Origin: Octopus sinensis
Lineage: Eukaryota
Length of the DNA stretch: 64,000 bases
NCBI RefSeq assembly: GCF_006345805.1
Contig: NC_043002.1
Span: 89,094,001 to 89,158,000, forward strand
Direction of reading: 5' to 3'
Shown: positions 51,176 through 64,000 of the stretch, piece by piece
How the letters are laid out: each line of letters starts with the position of its first letter
Numbering within the stretch: the stretch's first letter is position 1
The notes under the pieces: model-generated
Databases searched by the model: none
The model's input: the letters and a program-made list of their open reading frames with translations, nothing else
Told to the model about the DNA's origin: nothing
Position numbers and translations under genes: made by a program

Positions 51176-53777
51176 AGCATATATTATTTATTTTATATCA
51201 AAATTTGTGAACTATATTATAGTTGGTTGTGGGTTCTAGGGACTAGTCCATTGAGAAGCTGTGTCAAGAGAGTGTCTGGTAGTTGATACAAAGAACTTCA
51301 TTCTCACAAAGAATTTTGTTCAAAGAACACCTGTTCTATCATTGATGCTTACATCTTTTGCTGACAAGTAACAGCAAAAGACATTGATACACATGCGCGT
51401 GCGTGCACACACACACATGCGCACACACACAATATGGGCATTTGTACAGTTTCCATCTGCCAAATTTCACACATTGTCTACCTGCTGCTACGAAAATCTC
51501 TTGCCAAAAATGTCTTGCAGTGGAACCAAATTTGTAACCACATAGCTATGTTGTAGACCACAGAGTTATATATGTACTTGGTTGAATACAGAAGGAGTCA
51601 TTCATTTGTTAACTACTCCATGTTTATCTGCAGTTGACACAACATTGTTATTTAGAGTTCCTCAAATCTTGGAATATTCTTTTTAATTTCCTTGATTTTG
51701 ATTTTTCTAGAATCTTCACAGTTTTCTTGAAGGTACTAATAAAGAAAACCTCTGAGTCAAAGCCTACCATCAGATAGTTAGGGTTTTAAGTATGGAGAAG
51801 ATACTTTTTAGCTGGTTTGTAATGTCTTATTGTCTTCTGAAGTTCATTCTAGTTTGTATACTGCTGTACTTTAATGTAAGATTAGATTTTTTTCATTACT
51901 GGCAACGAGAATATCTGTAACAGTGTTACAGCCTTATCTCTCTGTGATTGTAGAAAAGAACTTCAGTAAAAACAAATTAAACTATAAAGATTCTAGAAAT
52001 GACTGAACTTAACTGCACTTACATTTCTGTTTTTAATATCAGAAACAATATCTACTCTGAATTGGTTCCTTATTAATCACAGTTCGCTCAGATCCTATAT
52101 TATTTTGTCTAACATCATAAATTCATATTTATCTTGGCTATCTTAAGTTAGAGTCCAGTCTTTCCAAAATATCTTTATTTTCTGCTGCTAGTTTGAATAA
52201 ACTTGTTTTTATCTAGGTCACTTTGAAGATACCATTGTAACTAGTTATGCAAGTTTGGTTGAACTTATGACTCATTACATGGTGCCTATTTGGCTGAAAA
52301 ATATTCACTATTATTCTTCTACAGTTAAATAATAGTTAGATTGTTATGTGGCTGTTGCAAAATACATATCACTGCTTGCATAGAAAAGTGAATGTGCACC
52401 CATCACATTATGTAGTAGATTAATGGTTCTCAAACTGTCAAATACCAACCCCAGCCACCTACCAAGGTGTTAATGAAATTTTTTGCCCACTCCTCTTTTT
52501 ATGATGAGAAGACAAAATAGAATTCATTGACTAAGAGAACAGTCATTGAAAAGGTTGCAGATAGCAACAAAAGACCTTTGGACAACAAAAAACAAACAAA
52601 ATCAGACAATCAATTAGTTAACTGGATATTTAGCCAATTGACTGATAATGAAGGAGTGGAATTGAACCAGTGTGTGTGTTATTAATACTGGCATAATGAC
52701 TTTCCCTAGGCACAACAAAGTTTTGTTTTGTTTTAGTATTTTGATTAGGAAGGTAGTATCTGTGATACTTCACAGGGCTCTTCAAGACTAGTGGGAAGGA
52801 GGGAGGAAAGTATTTTCAAAATGGGCACCTGGCCTAAATGCTTGCAATAGAGTTGACTCCACTAAAGGCACCCAAGGTGCCAGGCTGGGGTGTTAGAGTA
52901 GGTAATGGATTAAGTCTAGTTTTCATGTAGGATTTGAATTCAGAATGCAAAAGACTGGAAGAGATACCATAAGGCTTCTCACCCAACACCTTAACAGTTC
53001 TAGACTGGTACTTTTCCATTGACTCTGAAAAAAAAAAACAAAGCAAGGTTGACCTTGGTTCTATTTGAACTCAGAAAGTTGGAACAAATACTCTGCAGCT
53101 CTAATGACTTTGCCAGTTCTGCATTCATATTATTGGTCTTCCTTCACTGTGAGGGTGGACAAGTTTTAAAAGTTTAAAACTATCTCCTCTACTGCACTTG
53201 TTTCTGTCCCTCTATAATTTTTTAAACTTCTCATTACCTGGCATAAAACTACTTTCATTAATACCCCTTGCCCCAGTTGAGGGGTCTTGTCTTGCAAATT
53301 ACTTGTTGACTTCACTTGTGTTGGTGCTATGTAAAAGGCACCCACTACACTCTGTGAAGCAGATGACATTAGGAAGGGTATCCAGCCATATATACCCTGT
53401 TAAAGCAAATATTGGAGCTTGGTGCAGTCAACTGGCATGTTGGCTCCTGTCAAATCACCCAGCCCATGCCAACATGGAAAATGGATGTTAAAAATGATAA
53501 TAATGGCAATTAATCAACTTCTTTCTCTATCTTCCTGAACCCCAACATTCACTTACAGATAGGGGCTGGCCCCTTCTCTGAGAAACACTGAAGTAGACAT
53601 TTTTTTTTCCTCTGGTAGAAATTCTTTGTTAATTGACTTAATGGGTGGGATAAACTTAAAATTGAAAATAGATTTATATTTGGATGAGCAAAATACATTT
53701 TAACCAGTTGTTATATTTTACAGGAGAATATTTTTGCTAATGATAAAAAGTTGTGTTATTATTGCTTATATTTTTAG

Positions 53778-53921
53778 GAAAACAATGTGACAAACATCAT
53801 TTTGAGTGTGAGGAAAGAGGTTCTAAGAGTATCGGTGTAGAATGCATTGAGCTGGCGAATGTTTGTGATGGAGTACCTCAATGTGGTGATGGTTCAGATG
53901 AGTTTGGATGTTCTTCTAATG
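53778..53921 (+). CDS. LRP11: LRP11-like exon 4 (LDL-receptor class A repeat)
   Basis: Acceptor tttttAG in phase 1. CDKHHFECEE...CIELANVCDGVPQCGDGSDEFGC is a typical LDLa repeat. Donor ATG|GTAAAT in phase 1. 144 bp. Confidence 0.88.
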
Positions 53922-56141
53922 GTAAATATTTTGTTTCTTATTTTTGCCTCTTCATTTTTGCCTTAGTTTAGCTAAACTAATGTCAAAGTGCTTTCTCGTA
54001 TCACGTTACTTTTTTTATTTATTCATTTTTTTTCCTTTTATCATTCTCTAAAACTATGTTTGTTTTTTATTGTCATATATTGTAAATATTTTGTTTGTTT
54101 TCTTATTTTTTTTTACTTTAATTTGAACTTAAAATGGAATGTTGCATGTTGATGCATTCTGAGAATGTAACGGAACCATTGGTCATAACTATCTTCCATT
54201 TCCTCTTTCAGTATTTATATTTAAATGTTATTACTATTATTTTGTGTCCTTGTGGCAAGTAAAGGAATCATTATTATAATTATTTTGAAATGTTTTATTT
54301 TTCTTCTTCATCCCTCCCTTCAGAAATTATGATTATTTTTTTTTTTTAATTTACAACCAAATGTATATTTTTGTAAATCTAGTTTCAAATACATCTTAAT
54401 TTCTACAATTCCTACTTCTCTATGTAGTTTACAAATCCTTCTTGTCAGCATCATTACTATCATCATCATGATCGTATTTTAAACATCAGTTTGTTTTTTC
54501 TCATGAACTGCACAATATATCACTACTTCTCTCAGTTTAGTGTCATCTTTTGTGTGAGGCTCATCAATAGATCTAACTTTCATCACTTCCTCTCATGTCC
54601 TGCTCCAAGATCATATATTATAATCAATGACATAAGTGATACCATGATCCAAATTGAAAACTGTAATATTTCAATTAGATACCATTTATCTCATTTTTCC
54701 TTATATATTTATTTCTTCAAATATTGTTTTTAATCTTTAATAAATTCTTTCTGTTATTTGTATCCTTGATAAAATATTATTCATGCAAAAAAAAAAAATA
54801 ACAACCTTGAATTGCTTTAATCCTCATCCCTTACTTTTTAATACTTTCTTTTTAAAGTCTATCATCTAGTTTTAATTTCCAGCTGAAACTCTTTCCTTCT
54901 GATTATATTGCTCATGCTTTTAACAATGATATGAATGTTACAACCCCAAATTTCATCTCATCTAAAATTCTCAGGCTTCATTTTTATGTAAAAAGCACAA
55001 TTATTTTAATATTCTATTTTTCAACTACTGCAATAAAATAATTACATTAAGTAAGTTTAATAATATGTTTGAGATGCAAAATAAATTACTACTACTTTTT
55101 AATGCAATAAAATTCAACATAACAAACGAGGTACAATTTTCTGTAATGAAGCGCTTAAATTACATTAAATAAGCAGATATACTTCTTTGCAAATCCTAAC
55201 TAGTAATGATTTAAAGAATGAAATTAAAACTATCCTCATAACATATCATTTTTGATATTTACAAATAGTAGCTCATGTTATATTTGCAGGACCAAGCTGT
55301 AACTCACATGACATATGCCATATACATTTCATTTATAGTTATCTATTTGCTTACATTACTTATGCCTAGTAGTGGAGTTGACACTGATAGTAAAGAGCTC
55401 TATGATATTTTTTAAAATACCAGTGCTTCATGCCAGAGTCAATTTTGCTTTGACTCTGTTAAAATATGTTCATGTACTGTACTAATGTTGAGAAAATTAA
55501 CTCTAAAAAGACCTTAAGCTTTAAGAAGTAATCAAATTAGTTGGATTATAGACTATTTTCTTTCGTATGGGATGTTCCTTTCAGCTTTAAGCTTATAGCT
55601 AAATTTTAAAAAAATTTACTCTACACCCCTACTATGAAACTGAATTCTTTGATCATTAAAAAGTTACAAATTTCATAATTTGTATTTAAAACAACCCTTT
55701 ATTTTTAAAACACTTTTTATAAAACTCTGAAGGTTGTTTTAGAGATTGAATTCATAGTAGATGTTAGATGTGTTTTGTCTCTTAAGATTAGAAAATAAAA
55801 TGAAAATGAAAAGAAATCTAATACCATAAAATGGTTCATATCACTTTAAAATGATTTATTTCAAAATTGTTTATGAATTATCCTCTGTGAAATGCTAAAT
55901 TATTTTGAGTTTTATCAATATTAATTTCTAAATTATATTTCTGAATGTTCATTTTGTGGTAATATTTTTTCTTTGTACTTCTATTAAAATAAAAGCATAC
56001 AGTTTTGTCAATTGCGAAGAGTTATTCAGTGTTATTTGAAATTGTTTTGCTGCTTTGAAGCAAAGACGGTACTTATAGTTTAACAAATGTCTTGTTTATT
56101 TATCTTGGCATTAACCTGAAATTTTTCGATGATTTGTTCAG

Positions 56142-57224
56142 CATTCAAAGATGGAAGGCAAAATGAAATTCTTTACCAAGTGGATGCTAATCCCAAGAAA
56201 ATGCCTACTGATAAGTTCAGAAAGATAAAATTGAAACCAGTCGGTCCTAGTGTATCTCGGCATGATGAAAGCAGTAATAAACTATTAAAACAGAAAGGTC
56301 AGTTACCAATAGCTAAGTATAATACTGAAACTATGATAAAAAAGGACAAACCAAAAGAAGCATTACTCAATCCAAAAGAATTTGCAACTTCAAATCCACC
56401 TGTTGCTCAGAGAGGTAAAGGACAACAATTTTCTAATCATAACACCAACATCAATCAAGGTTGGGTTAAAAGTGATGGCTCTAAGGATTTACTTCAAGAA
56501 AATGATGGAAATTCAAAGAAACTCTCTCTCGGTGAAGATATAATTCAGCCTTCATCACGAGAGACTGACAGACACAGAGCAAATTCAGCTTCTTCAAATA
56601 GAATATGGAATCAAAATCAGCTATCACAATATCAAAAACATCCTGATGTGAACCCTCAGTATGTTGGCAATAGAAATTTCATATCAAATTACCCAAACCA
56701 ACACCAGCAATTAGGCATAAACCAAGTTGATAATCAAGGTTTTGTAGGATCAGGACATAAACAATCTGGTCTGATTGCTGAAGAAAATCAAAAGTTTGCT
56801 ATAAACCAACCAAAGTCTTACAATAGACTCAATGGTGATTCTCAAGAGGAGTTGCTTCCTGGGGCTAATAATCAAGTTCAGTTACCACAAAGATCAAGAC
56901 AGCGCTATCAAACTGCTAACCAGAATTATATGGACAGTCAGTATATCTCAGACAATAGTCAGTTCCCTCAGAAACAGAACTTGTATGGTTATTCTGGAAA
57001 TAACTATGCTTACCAACAAAAGGTAGCTGCTACTTATAATAATGGTTATCCTGTTCTTCAACCTCAAAATTCTGGTATTAACCAAGATGGTGTCAACTAT
57101 GTCCAGAATACAGCACAGGCTTACAATTGGGGTGACTACCCCAATGATTACATGTACACAGACCAAAATTCAGACTACAGTAATTTGGCTGCCAACACAG
57201 CTCAAGGTTATCAGTATGCACCAG
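56142..57224 (+). CDS. LRP11: LRP11-like exon 5 (361-codon low-complexity K-rich then Q/N/Y/G-rich region)
   Basis: 1.2-kb stop-free ORF in very AT-rich DNA. Acceptor gttcAG in phase 1 matches exon 4. Probable donor CAG|GTACTA in phase 1. Assignment to this gene is inferred from strand and phase. Confidence 0.75.
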
Positions 57225-58467
57225 GTACTAACTGCTCTAACCTCTTTCTTCTCTTTCTTCTTCTTTACTTCAAAAACATCATACTTAGATTGGCAGAAAG
57301 AACATTTACATATATTTAATTGATTCCTATTAATTCTTTTTTATGTATACATTATATTTGATTCCTTTTATTTTGAATAGTACCAAACAATGCTGGAAAA
57401 GAGGATTGTCACTGTCTTCCATTAAACTGGGTGTTTTAGACTCCATGTTTTATTTTGATTTCCTTTATAAAATATGTTTGAAGAATTTTTACAAAGTTTG
57501 TCTTACTGTAAATCTTAGCTGCTAAAAGGAACTTTTGTTGTTGTTTGGCTCTTTTGTGATATGTTCTTCATAATCATTTCCTAAATTTCACTTTTTTTTG
57601 TTTTGTATTTTTTTTGGTTACATTATAGGCTCTTTCAAGAATGGATTTATATATGAATTATTAAGAAAATTTTACTGTCTTATGTCTCTAATATTTGAAA
57701 AATTATTCTGGCATGAAAAATATTTATTATTTATTTCATCCTTAAAAATATATTATTTTAATAATCTGTAATCAATCCCTTACTATAATTTTTTAACTTT
57801 TTCTCATTAACCTCTTTCAAGTTGACATTTCTATAAATATATTTCTCAAGAAACAGTTAAAAAAATTTTTTTTTTTGAGGATTTAGTCAGTGTGGGAGGG
57901 ACAGCACATGACTTTGTTCAGGGCTTCCAAGATTGAAAGGAAGAAGTTTTCTTCAGACTGGAGACCTGGCCCAAATGTTTGCATCAGAATGGACACCACT
58001 AAAGACACTCAAGGTCAGGGTGGTGGTGGTGGGGAGGTAAGCCAGCCGATAGATTAATTCTATGACCCAAGAGCAGGAACAATCCTTCTAATAGCCTTCC
58101 AGGGTTACATTAAAACAGTGATATATTAGATGAGCTATAAACCAGATGTGATCCGCACAAAATTTTTAGTGGGTCACAGTGACATTTGCATATTTAGGAC
58201 AACATTGTAACATGAGTTTTTCATAATCATGGTCTATAATTTGTTAGAAAAATATTGTTTCAAGAGTTTGATCATAATTGTGTTATTTAATTTTACTTAA
58301 TTTGATATTTGTATTCATCGTTTATGGCTAAAGGTGAGAATTATTATTTTTTTTAATTAAATTCATATTTCATTATTGGTTTTGGGGTTTATTTAGTTTA
58401 CATTGCGTGGGCCATGGAGGATATAAAAATTAATGTAGAGCAGGACCAAACAAAAAAATAGACAGTA

Positions 58468-58698
58468 AGGAGTGGCTGTGTGGTAAGTAGCTATAGGCGT
58501 AGGAGTGGCTGTGTGGTAAGTAGCTATAGGTGTAGGAGTGGCTGTGTGATAAGTAGCTTGCTTACCAACCACATGGTTCCGGGTTCAGTTCCACTGTGTA
58601 GCACCTTGGGCAAGTGTCTACTATAGTGTCAAGCCGACCAAAGTCTTGTGAGTGGACTTGGTAGACGGAAACTGAAAGAAGCCTGTAATATATATGTG

Positions 58699-58735
<37 letters not shown>

Positions 58736-58950
58736 TTGTGTGTCTGTGTTTGCCCCCCCCCTCCCAACATCACTTGACAACCTATGCTGGTGGGTTTACG
58801 TCCCCGTAACTTAGCGGTTCAGCAAATGAGACTGATAGAATAAGTACTAAGCTTACAAAGAATAAGTCCTGTGGTCGATTTGCTTGACTAAAAGGCAGTG
58901 CTCCAGCATGGCCACAGTCAAATGACTGAAACAAGTAAAAAGAGAGAGTA
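58468..58950 (+). mobile_element. SINE family A with a triplicated 33-bp head
   Basis: Colinear with 26940-27354. AGGAGTGGCTGTGTG recurs at 58468, 58501 and 58534. Confidence 0.88.
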
Positions 58951-61900
58951 CATCACTGAAAGAGAAGAATATTTAATACTTGTCCCAGGTGCTGTTCAAT
59001 GGAACCTCACTAGAGACCTCATCTTCATGCAGTCATTGAAAGGAGGATACACTTTCTCATTTCCTATTCCAGGCTCATTGAAGAATTTGTGCTCTGCACT
59101 TAAGATTTACCGTCTGTGTTCCTGATGCCTGTGTAAGACTAACTATGTCCACCATGCACTTTTTTATAATTAAATAAGCTGACCTGTGTGAGTTGTGTTG
59201 ACCATAGACACAATGTAGCATTAGTGATGCAAAAGTTAATGAGGTTCTATCAATTAAGCCAGTAGTTAAAAAAAACATTGAATAATTTTATGTCTTCTAA
59301 TTACACATCTACTATTTACACATCATCTTCATCACCATCATCATCATAATGTACACTTTTCCATACTCACATGGGTCAGATGGAAGGTATTGAGGCAGAT
59401 TTTCTTTGGCCAGTTGCCCTTTCTGTTGCCAATCCTTACCTATTTCCAGGCAAGGTAATATTTCCCATAACCGGACATGTTTTCATGGAAGATTGCAAAT
59501 GCAGGACACTGCTTGCATGACAGTGACCTTTGTTTACAACCAATGCATTAAGTCATGGCAAGGAGATCGTAACACACATATATACATATATATGCATCTG
59601 CATGCATGTGCACACACACACACGCACACACACATGACAGGTTTCTTTCAGTTTGTGTCTACCAGATCCACTCACAAGGCTTTGGTCAGCCTGGGGCTAT
59701 AGTAGAAGACACTGACACTTTTTGAAGGTACCTTACAGTAGGACTGAACCCAAAGCCAAGTGGCTGGGAAGCAAACTTATTACACTGCCATGTCTTATTA
59801 TAGCATTTGTTGTATAGTTATTATAAAGTATTAAATAACAGTTGTGGAAATATAATTCCCTTACAGTCTCGAAATACTGCCAAATATTTGTGAGACTTCC
59901 CTTTTCAAAATTAGGACTTCACAAATCAATGTCTTATTTTCTCACTTTCCACTGATAAAATATCAATGTTTTCTCTTTAAGTTTTGGTTACTTCATTTGT
60001 TTACATATTACTTGTTTTATTTTGTTTGTTTGTTTTTTAATCTAACCTGATGGTTATTTAGGGTTTTAAATAATTGACACTTTTAATGACACCATTTTTC
60101 TTGGCTTCTGAATGTCGACTAGAATTTTTCAGCTGTTACTTTTCTTCATATGAGTAATCAAAAGAGGAAAATCTTTCTCAATTTAGTAACAGTTTTTCAT
60201 GAAATTTCTTGTCTTTATTTTTATTAGGTTGTCATCTTATTTTATAAATAACATAGGATAATTAAATTAATCTGATCATATAAGTTATTGATTATCTTGT
60301 GATGGGAAAATATCTATAAATTCTATATTTTAACTGCTGAATTATATTATAATTATGAAATATTAATAAATTCTATGTACTTCTTCCATACTATCATCTG
60401 CTGAATTTTATAGTTTTTAAATTTCAAAAGGAGCAAACTTTAAAAATTACATTTTCTCTCTCTTCTGTCACTAAACATTTTTCTGCTAAAACCTTTAATT
60501 CTGCAATACACTCACTTTCATTATGAACTATTTCTACTTAGTAAATGTTTTCTTCAGCTTCATTAACCACTGAAATACAATGATACGTCATTGCATGTTT
60601 CTGTATTTTGTTTTTATTTACTATATCCATTTGTGTTTGTTTAAAATTAATAGCTTTTGTGAAACTTAGAATAATTCAGAAGTCAGTTTTGTTTTACTTT
60701 TACCTGATGGAATACATTCAAAATTTTGTTGATAATTAATTTTGCATTGCCAGTAACTGTGCATGTTAATTACCAGTGTGCTACAACTCTTATTTTAGTT
60801 GGTTTATTTTAGTTTTCCTCTTATTTTATTTACCAGCAGTCCTGTTTGCCCTAAAACACCTTTACATCAGAATATTCTTCGGCATTTGAAACCTGGCTAA
60901 TTCTAACTTAGTTATTTTTGTTGAAATTTTAGATACATATTTACAAATAGCTTTGCTGGATAAGAAAAGACATACATAGAAACAAAATGATACATATCGA
61001 AATAAAGCATCTTCATTTTTAATGAAATTTAAAAGTAAAATATCTTAATTCAGGACACAGTACAACTATTGAACCAGTTTGGTAAGAATGTTTTAAAATA
61101 AAATGAAAAGAAAATGTAACGCAAATAAATGTAATTTGCCAACAAGTAACTAAAGTTTAGACATGAAGATATTAGCATAGGATTTGTTTTCTTTTCATAT
61201 TGAATATTATAAGAATCATCATTATCATTACCATCATCATTTAATTTCTATGTTCTATGCTGGTGTGGGTTGGATCCATGCCAGCACGGAACATGGACTC
61301 TATTTTAATTATGATATTAAATAACTATTTTTTGATAGGTAATAGCTTATTATTTTTAACCCATTGTATCTTTTTATTTTTCACTCTGTTACCATTTCTG
61401 TACATACTAAACCAATTTATCATTACCTAATCACTCCTACCCACCACCATAAACCCTATGATACTTTAAATCAGCTAAGTGGTCAGAGTTCCACCAATTT
61501 CAAGGGCTATGGAAGGGCTAGTGACCTTGTTGGTTTGAAATGACTGGAGGTGTTTTTACATTGGTATGTATGTAGCAGCAAGACTGGGTAAGTGGATAAG
61601 GACTGTTTTGGAGGGTTAACCAATAATAAAATACAAAAATGTTTCTTATTCATTACACACAAAAGATTTCAATTTAGTTTTAGTGAACTATGATCATATC
61701 AAATTTAAGATGGGTGCAAGCAGAGAGGTAAATTCTCAGTAAAAGGAATTTGATAGCAAGTTTCATTTCCCAATTAAAATAACTCAAACTCTCATATTAC
61801 ATATGTATGTGTGTCTAATATTTGGTGTCTATGTTTTGTTTGTTTCTCTGTGGATAGTTTTAGCTAGTTTGCTGTTGCTATGAGCTTAATGTTGAGCAAT

Positions 61901-62837
61901 TTCACTATTAACCCTTAGCACACTGCATTTTCTCTAGAATTGTTTTCTCTGCCACTGCCCTGTTACTACAGGGGAGAAAACTCATATGATGACATGATGC
62001 ACCTACAATGTGCTAAAGGTTACATGCACCTAATAATAAATACCACCTCCTTTATAGAGTGACTTTTGCATGAAATTTCCAAAAATCTATATTTATCATT
62101 GAGTTATGTTTTCTTCTTCAATTGACTTGGAAAGTAAAACTAGAAACAAAACTAATTTGAATAACAAAAGTTAACATAAATTAGTTCACATATAAATTAG
62201 TTAATATGCAAAGTAGTTTGGTTACCAGGCTATTAGAGTAGTAGAATGATTAGTGTTTTTCAGTATTTACTTGTAGTTCTTCGTATTCTGATTTCAAATC
62301 CCACTGAGGTCAACTTTACTTTCATCCTTCCAAGTTCAATAAAATAAAGTATCAATAAAACACTGAGGTTAATTTAATTGACTATACCTATCTTCTGAAT
62401 TAGTAGTCTTATGCTGGTATTACAAATCAAATTAATCATGTTACTGATTCAGATTTGAAACTTTCAATACATTCTATTTTGTTTCCATGTGTTTTCCTCA
62501 TGGATATTTATTAAAAAAGGTTATGAAGTTTAACCATTTTTGTAATAATTATTAATTTTACAATAATGATATTGAAATAGTGTTTGATATTGTTGGCCCA
62601 CTAGGAAAATTATGAGTTCTTTTTAAAATAGTTTACCAGCATCAGATTAGCCTGTTTACATGGCATTGTTTTTTTTTACATATTTGGTCTTTAAATTTGT
62701 ATCTTAATTATTGTCTAGGAATTTCAATAGTTAATCATAATTGAAAAGGCCTGTAATATTCTGATAGTATACAAAATGGTTAAAAATATTCATTATCTCA
62801 GAATTCTTAAATACCAGAAACTATTAATTACTTTTTT

Positions 62838-62958
62838 TTTTACTTTTACTTTTACTTGTTTCAGTCATTTGACTGCGGCCATGCCGGGGCACCGCCTTTA
62901 GTCGAGCAAATCGACCCTGGGACTTATTCGTTGTAAGCCCAGTACTTATTCTATCGGT
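62838..62958 (-). mobile_element. SINE family A, 3' fragment
   Basis: ttacttgtttcagtcatttgactgcggccatg...gtacttattctatcgg. Confidence 0.8.
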
Positions 62959-64000
62959 TTCCTGTTGATAACCCTTATCTATAAGCTATTTTCATTACAT
63001 TGGTCCACACATGTTAAAAGCAACAATGTCACTGAAACTAAGGGGCTTTTGATTACTAAAAAGTGTAAAGAAACACTATTTTGTTGCTCAGGTGGTACTA
63101 GTGATAACACATGTAAATGACACTCACATACTCACACACACACACATGACTGGCTTCTTATCTAGCAATTCTACTCTAAAGCCATTGCTCAGTCTGAAGT
63201 TATATCAGAAAACACCCAAGGTGACATGGAGTGGACTTAATTGAAAGCACATACTTGTAAAGTGAACATTGTAACCACACTACCATGCCTGCAGACACAC
63301 ATGCACACACATATTGCATTGTTATCAGAAATTATTGATGATCTCCTATTCTTCTCATTTGAGGGAGCCCTCAATAAAAATGCAAGTGTCTAATTGTCTG
63401 CTCTTATAAATTCTTTTCTAAACCATTTTCTTTAAGTTTTGGTCATTTTGTTGTTTCTCTTATTCCATATTTCAGATTCATAATTTTTTTTTCACCCTGC
63501 TCCTAAATTATAGCATTAATTTTTGTTGTGATAAGATTTTCTTCTTTGTCACATTGGGAAAAGTCTAGAAAGTTGTTTTCTAACTGTATTTTTTTTTGTC
63601 ATTGTTTTTATGTTGGTGTCTTTTTAAACTTTATCTGACCACTCTCTACCATTGAAGTGGTTGTTATTAAGTATATATTTTTATTCCTCTAAATATATAT
63701 ATATATAATATATATATTGAAAACCCATGGACAGTGATATTTCTCTTTTCTAACAAATTGAAAAAAATTTGCCATATTTTTTGTTAATTTTAATTATTCA
63801 ATTTAACTTCCATAAAGCACCTGTCGTAGTGGTTTTCCAAATAACTAAATCATTTATCCTAAGAACTGCACTCAGACCATCTGGAATGAATCATATGGTC
63901 ATCTTGACCTCCTTTATATGTTCCAATCGGTCTTCTTGCTGGAAACCTGCCAGTCTAAGTATGAACACTTACTGTAACACTTTCCCCCCTAATAATAATG

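Noticed and set aside
57225-57319. Hydrophobic tail LFLLFLLLYF as a TM or GPI signal
   Set aside because: It follows a plausible donor (CAG|GTACTA), is too short for a TM helix, and is explained by T-rich intron sequence. A read-through isoform cannot be excluded without cDNA.
57320-64000. Further LRP11-like exons (TM and cytoplasmic tail)
   Set aside because: The candidate acceptor checked (~60836) runs into a stop and no TM-encoding exon was recognised. Small exons could have been missed.

Overview
AT-rich animal genomic DNA, dense in microsatellites and transposons. The repeat families (RTE LINEs with (GAT)n tails, tRNA-headed SINEs with internal (TA)n(TG)n, mariner relics) resemble octopus/coleoid cephalopod repeats; this is from recall, not a search. 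Two spliced host genes lie head-to-head about 18 kb apart. On the minus strand is the first coding exon of a PPP1R14 (CPI-17/PHI-1/KEPI family) PP1 inhibitor (14197-14475), with a candidate 18-nt in-frame microexon at 12027-12044. On the plus strand are five phase-compatible exons of an LRP11-like protein: signal peptide, furin site, MANEC/MANSC, Thr-rich linker, EB/EGF-like module, LDLa, and a long Q/N/Y-rich region (32522-57224). Neither gene's 3' end was found in the window. Most of the short ORFs in the track are microsatellite or transposon noise. The most interesting observations are the PPP1R14/MANEC head-to-head pair that mirrors vertebrate paralogous pairs, the microexon candidate, a PHD finger embedded in the RTE reverse transcriptase, and a tandem array of putative compact pseudoknots in the RTE 3' UTR. 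No prokaryote-type system (CRISPR etc.) is present.
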